Below are positions 47,834-57,663 of a stretch of 64,000 nt of DNA, in pieces. Each line of letters opens with the position of its first letter. The stretch's first letter is position 1. A program made the position numbers and the translations under genes. Source of the stretch: Bryobacterales bacterium (GTDB taxonomy: Bacteria; Acidobacteriota; Terriglobia; Bryobacterales; UBA6623); the NCBI GenBank assembly GCA_028819235.1, contig JAPPMC010000129.1:28-64027 (forward strand), read 5' to 3'. The notes under the pieces were generated by a model, which was given only the letters and a program-made list of their open reading frames with translations, ran no database searches and had not been told where the DNA came from.

Positions 47834-50283
47834 GCGTGCCGCCTCCGTCGGCCACAGCGTCGGCGCTGGCGCTGTTTGCGGTGGCCGTGTGCCAGCCGGC
47901 TTTAGCGGGCGATGCCGGCTTCGCGGCTGCCTATTGCCTCAATTGCCACGGCGCCTCGCAGCCGCAAGGGGGCTTTGTGGCGGACATGGCGGTGCTTGAT
48001 CCGGGCGATTCGGGTACGCAGGAGCGTTGGACTCTCGCTGCCGGCCTCGTATCAGCGGGCCTGATGCCTCCGCACGGGGCGCCTCAGCCGTCAGCGTCCG
48101 AGAGGGAGAGTTTCGCCCGAGCGGTGCGGGAGCGGTTGGACCAGGTTGGGGTCGAGGGCGATGGCGGGGGCTTGTCGCGGAGGCTGAATCGGATCGAGTA
48201 CCTCAACACCCTTCGCGATCTTTTCGGAATTCGCGAGATCCGTCTGCCGGTGACGTTCCCCGACGACAGCCCGGCGGAGAGGTTCGACACCATGGCCGGC
48301 GGGCTTGACCTCACGCCGGGGCATCTCGACGCGTACCACGAAGTGGCGGTCGACATCGCGGACAGGATGGTGCCACTTCCAGGCAGGCCCGTCGTCAGAT
48401 CGTCCGCCGACCGCACGAACGTTGGCCAAGACCCGGCCCGGACAAAGTTCTGGACGCGTGACGACGACGATACCGGCCTGTACTTCACCGGGGTCAATAT
48501 TGCGGGATGGTCCGGCGCCCTATGGGACCGAGGGTTCATCGCGCCGTCGTCCGGCCTCTTCCGCGTCCGCATGAAGGTGAGCGCCGAGGCCGCGATGGGG
48601 GCCGATGGGCAGCCGTTGAGGCTGGGCTTCTATGCACTCAACCCGTCCGACTACGACTTGCCCAAGCGGGCCCTGCGGGCAAGGCTGCCGCGTGTCGGGG
48701 AACTGGTTGTCACCAACACCGAACCGGTGGAGATGGATGCCGAACTTCACCTTGAGAAGGGCGAGACCTTTCACGTGTACTGCGAAAACAGGTTTGTCGG
48801 TCGATACCCGGACACCCTGAAGCGGGAGCCTGGCTTTACCGAAGACTTGCGCAGGCTGCTCGCCAAGTACCTCGAAGCCGCGTATGGCGCACCTGAGCCC
48901 ACCGTTCGCTTCGAGCACATGGAGGTCAGCGGACCGCACGGCCCGCTGCCTCGCCAGCGGGATTTCCTGAAGGGCAGGGAACACGCGTCACTTCGCTTGT
49001 ACGCCGAGACCGCCCTCCTGCCTCTCGCCGAGAGGGCGTTTCGACGGCCCCTCTCTGGCTCCGAACACGAAACGCTCATTGCCGACGTGCTCGAGCACAT
49101 GGAGAGCGCGCGGGTGCCCGAGCACGGCATTCACTACGGAATCCGCAGGATCCTCCTGTCCCCGCAGTTCCTGTTCCGGGCGCCCCCGGGGGGCATGTCG
49201 GACTCGTACGCGCTCGCCGGCAGGCTCTCGTACTTCCTTTGGAGCACGATGCCGGACGCGGAGCTGCTGGAACTGGCGGCAAACAGGATGCTATCTGCCC
49301 CTGATGTCGTTCGCGCACAGATCGAGCGAATGGTGCGGGATCCACGCTCGTCCGAATTCGTGAGGCACTTCACCGGCCAGTGGCTGGCCAATCGCAAGGC
49401 CTCGGCGGTCATGGTATGTGATGTCCGCCATGTTTGGAGCGAGCTGATCCGTTACGGGATGGTCCGTTCCGCCGAAATGTTCTTCGGCGAGATCCTGCGC
49501 AGCAATCTCTCAATCCGCAACTTTATTGACTCCGACTTCACGTACGCAAACGAGCCGATGCGCATCGCTTGGGGCATTCCCGGAAGTGAGGTGGACCTGA
49601 GGAGGTTGGAGGCCGACCAGCGGCAGAGTCTCGTATGGCCGAAGCCCGAAAGGCTGGATCTGGCCTCACTCGGGCCTGGCACCCCCGCGAACCTGGCGCT
49701 CCGGGGCGGCGTGCTCGGACTGTCAGGTGTCTTTGCGGCTACGGCTGATGGCGTTGAGAGCTCGCCCATCCTCAGGGGCGTTTGGGTGCTTGAGAACGTT
49801 CTAGGAAGGCCTCCTCCGCCTCCGCCCAGCGATGTGCCGGCATTGGTGGCCGATACGACGGGGGCCCGAACCGTCCGGGAGACACTGGCAGCGCACCAGA
49901 GCGTCGGCTCTTGCGCGGTGTGCCATTCTCAGATCGATCCGATCGGGCTGGCTCTCGAGAACTACGATGCGGCAGGTGGCTGGCGCGATACCTACTACTC
50001 CGAAGACGGCGTCGGGCTTCCGGTGGATGTCCGCGCCGAGCTGGCGGATGGCACGAAGCTGGACGGGCCCCAAGGCCTTAAAGACTATCTCTTGGCCCGG
50101 CCCCAAGAGTTCACTCGTACCCTCGCGGGACTGCTGCTCGAGTACGCCACCGGCCAAACGCCGGCCGCGGCCGACCGTGCCGTGATTCGAGAGATAGTGC
50201 AAGCCGAGCCGGACGGCGGCTACGGCCTTCGTGACCTTATCGCCGAAATTGTCGTAAGCGAGGGCTTCACAGCCAGCCGGTAG
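47830..50283 (+). CDS. DUF1592/1588/1587/1585/1595 planctomycete-type cytochrome c domain protein
   Basis: CLNCH, RRLNRIEYLNTLRDL, LSYFLWSTMPD, F.GQWL, SSPILRGVWV, CAVCH..IDPIG.ALENYD. Confidence 0.9.
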   Translation: MSVPPPSATASALALFAVAVCQPALAGDAGFAAAYCLNCHGASQPQGGFVADMAVLDPGDSGTQERWTLAAGLVSAGLMPPHGAPQPSASERESFARAVRERLDQVGVEGDGGGLSRRLNRIEYLNTLRDLFGIREIRLPVTFPDDSPAERFDTMAGGLDLTPGHLDAYHEVAVDIADRMVPLPGRPVVRSSADRTNVGQDPARTKFWTRDDDDTGLYFTGVNIAGWSGALWDRGFIAPSSGLFRVRMKVSAEAAMGADGQPLRLGFYALNPSDYDLPKRALRARLPRVGELVVTNTEPVEMDAELHLEKGETFHVYCENRFVGRYPDTLKREPGFTEDLRRLLAKYLEAAYGAPEPTVRFEHMEVSGPHGPLPRQRDFLKGREHASLRLYAETALLPLAERAFRRPLSGSEHETLIADVLEHMESARVPEHGIHYGIRRILLSPQFLFRAPPGGMSDSYALAGRLSYFLWSTMPDAELLELAANRMLSAPDVVRAQIERMVRDPRSSEFVRHFTGQWLANRKASAVMVCDVRHVWSELIRYGMVRSAEMFFGEILRSNLSIRNFIDSDFTYANEPMRIAWGIPGSEVDLRRLEADQRQSLVWPKPERLDLASLGPGTPANLALRGGVLGLSGVFAATADGVESSPILRGVWVLENVLGRPPPPPPSDVPALVADTTGARTVRETLAAHQSVGSCAVCHSQIDPIGLALENYDAAGGWRDTYYSEDGVGLPVDVRAELADGTKLDGPQGLKDYLLARPQEFTRTLAGLLLEYATGQTPAAADRAVIREIVQAEPDGGYGLRDLIAEIVVSEGFTASR

Positions 50284-50408
50284 CGTTACCGTAGGCGACA
50301 ACGCTCGCACGGAAGGCCCGTGCCGCGATTCTGAGCGCGATATATTGAGGTCCCGGCCAACCGCTGCCAGCTCGTTCTGGCGGCAGTCGGCCGAGAAACG
50401 ACTGTGAA

Positions 50409-51968
50409 GTGATGCGTGTATCTGCCGCCGCCATTGCCTTTACGCTTGCTCTAGTTGCCGGCTGCGCTACGGAGGGGCCTCGTCCCGGGCCCAACATCGT
50501 CGTGATCCTTGCCGACGACTTCGGCGTTGGAGACATCCAGGCCCACTATCCGGAGAACAAGATTGCCACCCCATACCTCGACCGGCTGGTCGCCGAGGGC
50601 ATCAGCTTCACAGACGCCCACAGCCCATCCGCTGTCTGTACTCCGACGCGCTATGGGTTGCTGACGGGCCGCTACAGCTGGCGGACTCGCTTGCAGGAGT
50701 GGGTGCTGGCGGCATACGAGCCGCCGCTCATCGACAAAGACCGCCCGACGCTTCCTTCGGCGCTGCGCGAGCACGGCTACACGACCGCGCTGGTCGGGAA
50801 GTGGCACCTCGGATGGGAGTGGCCCGGCCCTCAGGAAAGCCGGATGACCGACGTTCGCAATGGGCAGAAGACCCTGGAGTGGCACCTCGACCAGCCTGTG
50901 CAAAACGGCCCGACCACGCGCGGTTTCGATTCGTACTTTGGCGTGGACCTTCCGAACATGCCCCCGTTCTCCTTCATCGAGAACGACACGGTTGTCCCGC
51001 TCCCGACCGAGCGCTACGTCCATGACCCGGGCGACGGCGTCGTGCTGCCGCGCGGATTCGTCGGAAGCCCCATCGCGCCCGGCTGGAGTTTCCGGCGCAT
51101 CGTCCCCGCTCTGACCGAGCGGGCCGTCCAAGCGGTTCACGACTTGGCCGCTGGCGACCGCCCGTTTTTCCTGCTGTACTCAATGACTTCGCCGCACGAG
51201 CCGATCTCTCCGTCCGAGGCATTTCGCGAGAAGAGCGGCATCGCGCCAATCGCGGACTTCGTCATGGAGACGGACTGGTCCGCGGGTCAGGTCATTCAGG
51301 CGGTCGACGACGCCGGAATCGCGGACAACACGATTGTGATGTTCACTGCAGACAACGGGCACTCGCACTACACCGGATGGGACGAGCTCGTGGCAGCGGG
51401 GCACATGCCCAGCGGAGAATTCCGAGGCCACAAGGGCGACATCTGGGAGGGAGGACACCGGGTCCCGCTGCTGGTCCGATGGCCCGGGCGAATCGAGGCG
51501 GGCGTCGCCAGCGACCAGCTCGTGAGCCTGACGGACCTATTCGCCACGTGCATGGAGTTGGTGGGGCAGGGGTTGCCCTCCGATGCTGCCGAGGACAGCG
51601 TCAGCTTCCTCCATGCGGCGCTCGGCCACGTCTCGACGGAGGCCAGGACGTCGCTTGTGAGTCATTCCAACCACGGGGAATTCGCCTACCGGGACGGGCC
51701 GTGGAAGCTGGTCTTCCGCAATGCGTCCGCCAACTTGGAAGAATCCCGGGGGCAGGCCACCGTGCCCGAACTTTACAACCTCGACGCGGATCCCTCCGAG
51801 ACGACGAATGTTCTGCACGAACATCCCGACGTTGTTACGGCATTGCGTGAAAAGTTCGACGGAATCATCGACCGTGGGGCCAGTCGCCAAGACATCAACG
51901 GGCGAAACGACACTGCTGTCTCGTACGTTCAGACGCAGGTTGTGCGCTGGACTCCTCCTGCACACTAA
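50409..51968 (+). CDS. Arylsulfatase (Cys-type, lipoprotein)
   Basis: Lipobox LVAGC; PNIVVILADD, CTPTRYGLLTGR, GKWHLG, DNG, KGDIWEGGHRVP. Confidence 0.93.
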   Translation: MMRVSAAAIAFTLALVAGCATEGPRPGPNIVVILADDFGVGDIQAHYPENKIATPYLDRLVAEGISFTDAHSPSAVCTPTRYGLLTGRYSWRTRLQEWVLAAYEPPLIDKDRPTLPSALREHGYTTALVGKWHLGWEWPGPQESRMTDVRNGQKTLEWHLDQPVQNGPTTRGFDSYFGVDLPNMPPFSFIENDTVVPLPTERYVHDPGDGVVLPRGFVGSPIAPGWSFRRIVPALTERAVQAVHDLAAGDRPFFLLYSMTSPHEPISPSEAFREKSGIAPIADFVMETDWSAGQVIQAVDDAGIADNTIVMFTADNGHSHYTGWDELVAAGHMPSGEFRGHKGDIWEGGHRVPLLVRWPGRIEAGVASDQLVSLTDLFATCMELVGQGLPSDAAEDSVSFLHAALGHVSTEARTSLVSHSNHGEFAYRDGPWKLVFRNASANLEESRGQATVPELYNLDADPSETTNVLHEHPDVVTALREKFDGIIDRGASRQDINGRNDTAVSYVQTQVVRWTPPAH

Positions 51969-52264
51969 CTGGCTGGGGTTGACCCGCCCGTAAGGGTCGC
52001 GCATACGGTCCGAAGAACGGTCACGCCTCGGGGACCCTGTTCTTCGCCGAGCGACCGGATCGGGACGATCGTGTCAGGGCCGGTGCCTTCCGGTTCGCGC
52101 GACCGGGCCCCAGAGAACCATGGGGCTTGGTCCTCGGGGATCTTTGATCAACGGGGCCCAAGCTGCTCCTGGCGATGGCCGATCAGGCTGAGAGACCGCG
52201 GTCGCTGCCCTGCCCCAAGGATCGCGCTTGGCGGTCCAGCCACCTGTGCGTTAATCTGTACGGG

Positions 52265-52612
52265 ATGGAAATGCCGCTGTGGACCGCCGTCGCCTTGGTC
52301 GGTTGTGTCCTGGTCTTGGTCCAGGCCCTGTACTTCCGTCGAGTCGTTCTCCAGATCTACAAGCGGCTTGACGTTCGCTTCGACCAGCTGCTGGCACGGT
52401 TTGACGCCATCTGCAGGCAATTGGACGAGATCCGCGTACGGTTGGCGGGAGTAGGCCCCCGGGCCCGTTCGGTGAGAACGGCGAAGAGGACAGGTTGTTT
52501 GTCGCTCCAGCAGGTCTCTCCGATAGAGGCGATGCGGGTACGAAGGATGATCAATCGGGACTTGCGGCCACCCCGGCAAGGGGGATCCAAGCGCTTCCGT
52601 TGGAAGCGCTGA
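52265..52612 (+). CDS. Small membrane-anchored coiled-coil hypothetical protein
   Basis: N-terminal TM (LWTAVALVGCVLVLVQALY) followed by heptad-like RLDVRFDQLLARFDAICRQLDEI. Confidence 0.5.
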   Translation: MEMPLWTAVALVGCVLVLVQALYFRRVVLQIYKRLDVRFDQLLARFDAICRQLDEIRVRLAGVGPRARSVRTAKRTGCLSLQQVSPIEAMRVRRMINRDLRPPRQGGSKRFRWKR

Positions 52613-52730
52613 GCACTTGCGCGGGCCTCCAAGAACTCAGTTCCGCGGTCGTGGCCGCTAACGCTGCCGCCAGTCCTCCTTCCCAGACCGTTGGACACAC
52701 AAAGCACGGCGCCCTAAGGGTCGTAGCCGC

Positions 52731-53453
52731 TCACCGGAAGCTGACCAATGCGGGGTTAGTGGCGAGATGGGGCATCTCATTGAACGCGTCCAGTGATACT
52801 CTTGCGCCACTGAACAGAAAGCTTGTCAGCGAACAGTTCCGAACGCGCCAATTGATCGCAAGTGCGGCTTCCGGGGGTGCCCCCAGGCAGGATTGGACGG
52901 CCACCCCGATTGGCCCGCCGGAAGTGAAGGCGACAACCGTGGCGCCCTTTTTGTGACCTGCTCGGATGCGCGATAGCGCGGCGTTCGCCCTCGACCGAAA
53001 GTCGCTCCACGGCTCGAGCCCGGGATGGGAGAGCTCACCCCGGGACCATCTTCCGGCGAGGTTCTCGAACATTCGCTGGAAGTGGCGGTTGCGGTCCGGA
53101 GCGGAGGTTGAGGCCACCCACGCCTCCCAAAGCAGGGCGAAGTCCGATTCTGCGCGGGCAATCTGAGGGCCGATTGTCCGCACCAAGTCCTGAGCGGCAT
53201 ACTCGTCCAGTCCAGGCTCCACAGTGGCGCGGGGAAAGGCCGCACCGGCCGCTCGGAACGCCCCTCGCACCGCATCGAACGTTTCGCGCTGCCGGCGCAG
53301 AGTCCCATGGAATGCCGCGTCGACCCTCAAGCCGCACTCACACCAATGGTGGCCGAGAGCCCGTGCCTGCTCCCAGCCCAGCGCCGTGAGCCGGTCGGGC
53401 TGTTCGCTGAAGGCCGCTGCTTGGCCGTGGCGAACTAGGACAAGCCTGCTCAT
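52731..53453 (-). CDS. Histidine phosphatase (phosphoglycerate mutase) family protein
   Basis: LVRHGQA, LT.LG.EQA, G.L.RQRET, FTSGG.I, N.S.T, FNE.PHL. Confidence 0.9.
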   Translation of the reverse strand: MSRLVLVRHGQAAAFSEQPDRLTALGWEQARALGHHWCECGLRVDAAFHGTLRRQRETFDAVRGAFRAAGAAFPRATVEPGLDEYAAQDLVRTIGPQIARAESDFALLWEAWVASTSAPDRNRHFQRMFENLAGRWSRGELSHPGLEPWSDFRSRANAALSRIRAGHKKGATVVAFTSGGPIGVAVQSCLGAPPEAALAINWRVRNCSLTSFLFSGARVSLDAFNEMPHLATNPALVSFR

Positions 53454-53794
53454 TCCTCCGAATCTCCCAGGGGTGCGAGGCGGCGCGTCGCCAAGACTCC
53501 GGGCCCGGAGTTCCGGCACTCGCCTAACCGGAACATTATGCTGCTCCCGCTGGTGCGCGGGCTGGAAGCACGTCACGCCCGGTAGCCCGGTATGCCCACG
53601 GCTCCTGAGAGGTCTCGGGGACACTGCGCATCGAGAAGAGGACGAATCCCACGCCGGCGGGGCCCGTGCGGGTAATGCCCCTCATGGCGATTTCCGAAGA
53701 CTCTGGGTGCCGGCCCGAAACGCCAGTACCGTTCGCTCGGGTCCGCCCGGGCCTCCGACCATCGCGTACTTCAGCACGTATCATCACCACAGGC

Positions 53795-54790
53795 ATGGCT
53801 GTTCTGCGGGCAATCAAGGCGGTATTGTTCCTTGTCGCCGCGGCACTAGTCTCGGACGCCGCACCGCTGCTCCGGATGCCATTGGGGCTGGACGCGTTCA
53901 TGCCGGTCCCGGCGACGAATCCTCTGACCCCAGAGAAGGCGGAACTTGGACGCAGGCTGTTCCGGGATCCGATCCTGTCCGCGGACCGATCGATCTCGTG
54001 CGCGAGCTGCCATGACCCTGAGACGTCGTTCACGGACGACCAGCCCACAGCAGTCGGAGTCTACGGCCGCGTGGGGCCCCGCCGGGTCCCGAAACTGCTC
54101 AATCGAGGGTACGGGCGGAGCTTCTTCTGGGACGGTCGCATTCCCATTCTTGAGGAACAGGTCCTCCAGCCAGTCATCAACTCCTTGGAAATGGACTTAG
54201 AACTGTCGGAAGCCGTCAATCGCCTCGCTGGGGATCCCAGCTACCCCTCGGAGTTCCGGGAAACCTTTGGGCGTGAACCGAACCAAGAGGATCTGGCGCG
54301 GGCGCTGGCTTCCTATGTCCGCACGATCCTCTCAGGGGACTCGCCGTACGACCGATACTTGGCGGGTGAGGCCGACGCTCTCGACGTCACGGAGCGGATG
54401 GGTCTCGAACTGTTCCGCGGGAAGGGAAACTGCGTGACTTGCCACCTCGGCCCGAACCTGACCGACGAGAGGTTTCACAACACCGGAGTCGGGTACGAGG
54501 ACGGCCGATTCGAGGACGATGGCCGTTTCTTGGTCTCAGGACGGGATACCGACCGCGGTGCCTTCAAGACGCCTACACTCCGGAACGCGGCTCAGACAGC
54601 GCCTTACATGCACGACGGGAGCATCGCCACCCTCGAGGACGTCATCGACCACTACGAAAAGGGCGGAACTCCGACTCCGTACTTGGACCGCGAGATTCGC
54701 AAGCTGGGCCTGACCGATGCAGAGAAGGCAGCACTGGCGGCCTTCATGAGATCCCTGACCGGAAAGGTGCAAGAGGGGCTTCGGCCGTAA
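53795..54790 (+). CDS. Diheme cytochrome c peroxidase/MauG family protein
   Basis: Signal peptide; CASCH and CVTCH; FFWDGR; FKTPTLRN...APYMHDGS. Confidence 0.9.
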   Translation: MAVLRAIKAVLFLVAAALVSDAAPLLRMPLGLDAFMPVPATNPLTPEKAELGRRLFRDPILSADRSISCASCHDPETSFTDDQPTAVGVYGRVGPRRVPKLLNRGYGRSFFWDGRIPILEEQVLQPVINSLEMDLELSEAVNRLAGDPSYPSEFRETFGREPNQEDLARALASYVRTILSGDSPYDRYLAGEADALDVTERMGLELFRGKGNCVTCHLGPNLTDERFHNTGVGYEDGRFEDDGRFLVSGRDTDRGAFKTPTLRNAAQTAPYMHDGSIATLEDVIDHYEKGGTPTPYLDREIRKLGLTDAEKAALAAFMRSLTGKVQEGLRP

Positions 54791-54836
54791 GGCCCCGCTG
54801 TCAAGGTCGTCGGCCTGCCCGCAGCCACCGAGCCCG

Positions 54837-55931
54837 CTACTTATCGTCCGCCACGATCTTCGCCCTAAGTTCGCCAAACTGCTCTAGGTGTCGCCGCTCC
54901 GCGGATGGGTCGCCGAGCTTGCGGCTGACCCGGGCCAGTTGGTAGTGGATCTTCATCCGCTGCTGTTCGCCCGTCGCATTCTCAAGTGCCGTATCCAGTG
55001 CTGCCCTGGCTTCACCGAACCGCTCGAGGTCAAGCAAGGCTTGGCCGAGTGCTTCTAGCGCGGACGGGAGTGGTGGGTCGGCACTGGCCGCCGACTCCAA
55101 GTGGGGCAGTGACTCCTCGGCGAGGCCGAGCTTTAGGAGGGCCTCGCCGCAACGAAGGTGCAATCCTGCGTTGCCAGGTTGGATATCGAGCGCTTGCCTG
55201 TAGGCGTCGACCGCCGCCCTAGGCCTGCCCCGGTCCAGTTCAAGGTCGGCCAGCGCTCGCCACGCGTCAGGGAGCCGTGGATTGCTCCCAAGAGCTCTCT
55301 GATATGCGGCCACAGCCTCGTCGGATCTCCCATTCAGGTCATGGTCCTCGGCAGTCGCCAAGTGGGCATACGGCGACTCAGGTGCACTGGCCAGCAAGTT
55401 TGCCTGAGACTGGATGGCGAGCTGAGAGTAGGCCTTTCCGACCAGGTAGAGCAGTTCCGGGTCCCTAGGTGCGGTCTCTTGGGCGGCCAGAAGGTGACGC
55501 AGCGCTGCGTCGGAATCACCCGCTTCCAGATGGGCTCTCCCTAGCCATGCGCGCACCTGCCACTTGCCGGGGCTCTCGAGCAGCGCCGCCTCGAGCCGCA
55601 GTACGGCCTCGGCCGTCTGTCCCAGCACCAGCAGGTCGTAGCCGAGCAGCTCGTTGGCCCCTGGAAGCTCGGGCTTGAGGTCGAGAGCACGCTGGAGGGT
55701 GTTGGCGGCTGCCGCGAAGTCCCCGCCCTCGTGTAGCACCAACCCCAGATACAGGTGTGCTTCCGCGAGCCCCGGCGCTGCCTCGACCGCTGCTTCCAGT
55801 TCCTTTCGAGCCTCCTCTAGGCGACCGGCTTCCCTTGCCGCCACTCCTTTGCGCACATGGTCGATGACCGGTCCCGGCACCTGGGCGGCCAGCGATGCCG
55901 CCAGCACCACCGATGCGAGGTATCTCGTCAT
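54837..55931 (-). CDS. Tetratricopeptide repeat protein (exported)
   Basis: Signal peptide and multiple TPR repeats (AHLYLG, A..LG..L, P). Confidence 0.85.
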   Translation of the reverse strand: MTRYLASVVLAASLAAQVPGPVIDHVRKGVAAREAGRLEEARKELEAAVEAAPGLAEAHLYLGLVLHEGGDFAAAANTLQRALDLKPELPGANELLGYDLLVLGQTAEAVLRLEAALLESPGKWQVRAWLGRAHLEAGDSDAALRHLLAAQETAPRDPELLYLVGKAYSQLAIQSQANLLASAPESPYAHLATAEDHDLNGRSDEAVAAYQRALGSNPRLPDAWRALADLELDRGRPRAAVDAYRQALDIQPGNAGLHLRCGEALLKLGLAEESLPHLESAASADPPLPSALEALGQALLDLERFGEARAALDTALENATGEQQRMKIHYQLARVSRKLGDPSAERRHLEQFGELRAKIVADDK

Positions 55932-57610
55932 CACGAATTGGGCTCTCGGACTGTTACCAGACGGTCCGCGCGGACATTCTCCAAGACTTGCCGCACTCCA
56001 CCCGGCCAGCGCACCAGCACCTTTGAAGCAATCGATTCGGCACCCAGTCCAAAGTGGACGCGCGGGTCGTTCGCAGACAGGTACCCTCCCGCGGTGGTTG
56101 CGTATCGCGCTTGCGCACCGCCGGAACTTGTCCAAACACTGACCCTTGCCCCCTGCCCGTCACGGACGCTCGTCCGACCGATCAGTCGAATCTGTAGCCA
56201 GTGGTTCTCGCCCGCAGACCCGTTCGAGTAGAGCACCTTCGGGTTGTCGTCAAGCACTCCCAAGACAACGTCGATGTCTCCGTCGTTGTCCAAGTCGCCG
56301 AAAGCTGCACCCCTCCCAGCAATGCTGGCTTGGAACACGGGGCCAGCCGAGTCCCCGATGTCCACGAAGCGGCCTGCACGGTTCAGCGCGATCAGGGGCG
56401 GCTGCAGGTACTCGAGTCCAGGCTCCATCAAATCGACGTTGTCCAGCACGTGGCTCTGCGCAGCGAACAAATCCTTCCATCCGTCGTTGTCGAAGTCCGT
56501 GAACTTGACGCTCCAGCCGGACAGGCGGGCCGTGATCTCGGCAAGGCCCGTCTGTCGGGTCACGTACCCAAATGTGCCGTTGCCTTCGTTCCGGAACAGG
56601 GGATAGAGTTCCTTGGCCAGTGCCGTGGCCACCACGTCAGGCCGTCCGTCGTTGTCGTAGTCCTCAAAGTCAACCCCCATTCCGGCAAAGGACCCTCCAT
56701 CTTCGTTGTAGGCGAGGCCTGAGGAGAGCGCCTCCTCAATGAAGCCGTCCGGCCCCCGGTTGAGGAACAGTTGCTGTGCCGTCGAATCGTTGGCGACGAT
56801 CACGTCCGGCAGGCTGTCTGCGTCCGCGTCGTTGAACGCGACCCCGAGCGCCTTTCCCGGAGATTGCGCAATTCCCCATTCTCGGGAGACGTCCGTGAAC
56901 GTGCCGTCGCCCTCATTGCGGAGAAGGACGCTCGCCACCGCCGGATATTCCCGCGGCGAGCAGTAGACCGGAATGTTGTCGCCGCATCTCTTGCTTGTTT
57001 CGAGGCTCCACTCTAGGTAGCGCGTCACGAAGAGGTCCAGGTCACCGTCGAGGTCCGCATCAAAGAATCCCGCGCTAGCCGACCATCCCGGAACGTTGGC
57101 CCGGGCAGCTTCCGTCTGGTCTTCGAACGTACGGCCGTCCACATTGCGGTACAGGATGGTCCCGCCGTAGCCAGTGACGAACAGGTCCGGGTACCCGTTG
57201 TTGTCGTAGTCTCCTGTGGCGACGCCCATGCCGTAGATGCGGCTTGTCCGGGCACTGACCCCGGCCTGGTGGGTCACGTCCTCGAACTTCAGACCCTTCC
57301 GGCTGCGGTAGAGCCGATCGTGAAGCTCTGGTTGTGACCGCTCGACGGACACTCCGCGGTCTGCGCTGTAGAGATCGCCACCGTTCACGAAGAATATGTC
57401 GAGGAATCCGTCATTGTCGAAATCCACCAGCGCCACTCCGCCTCCCATGGTCTCGACGAGGTGCTTCTCAGGCGTGGGGCTGGCATGGTGCCGGAAACCG
57501 ATCCCAGTCTCCCGGCTGCGGTCCTCGAAGCGCAGTTCCGCCGCCAAGAGCCCCGTCAGCCCTGTGCCCAGAGCACAGATCCACACTAGAGACGAACTGC
57601 GGAGCGTCAC
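55931..57610 (-). CDS. CRTAC1/ASPIC-UnbV FG-GAP repeat protein
   Basis: ETMGGGVALVDFDNDG, repeated DxDNDG, GRGAAFGDLDNDGDID, GYLS.ND.RVHFGLG, VRWP.G. Confidence 0.92.
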   Translation of the reverse strand: MTLRSSSLVWICALGTGLTGLLAAELRFEDRSRETGIGFRHHASPTPEKHLVETMGGGVALVDFDNDGFLDIFFVNGGDLYSADRGVSVERSQPELHDRLYRSRKGLKFEDVTHQAGVSARTSRIYGMGVATGDYDNNGYPDLFVTGYGGTILYRNVDGRTFEDQTEAARANVPGWSASAGFFDADLDGDLDLFVTRYLEWSLETSKRCGDNIPVYCSPREYPAVASVLLRNEGDGTFTDVSREWGIAQSPGKALGVAFNDADADSLPDVIVANDSTAQQLFLNRGPDGFIEEALSSGLAYNEDGGSFAGMGVDFEDYDNDGRPDVVATALAKELYPLFRNEGNGTFGYVTRQTGLAEITARLSGWSVKFTDFDNDGWKDLFAAQSHVLDNVDLMEPGLEYLQPPLIALNRAGRFVDIGDSAGPVFQASIAGRGAAFGDLDNDGDIDVVLGVLDDNPKVLYSNGSAGENHWLQIRLIGRTSVRDGQGARVSVWTSSGGAQARYATTAGGYLSANDPRVHFGLGAESIASKVLVRWPGGVRQVLENVRADRLVTVREPNS

Positions 57611-57663
57611 GGCTAGGCGACCGACTTCCTTAGGCTAGGGTAGTACGCAACTGTCATGAGCTG

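Noticed and set aside
46479-52612. Possible genomic island integrated at tRNA-Ala
   Set aside because: No integrase and no duplicated tRNA 3' end seen; composition is host-like.
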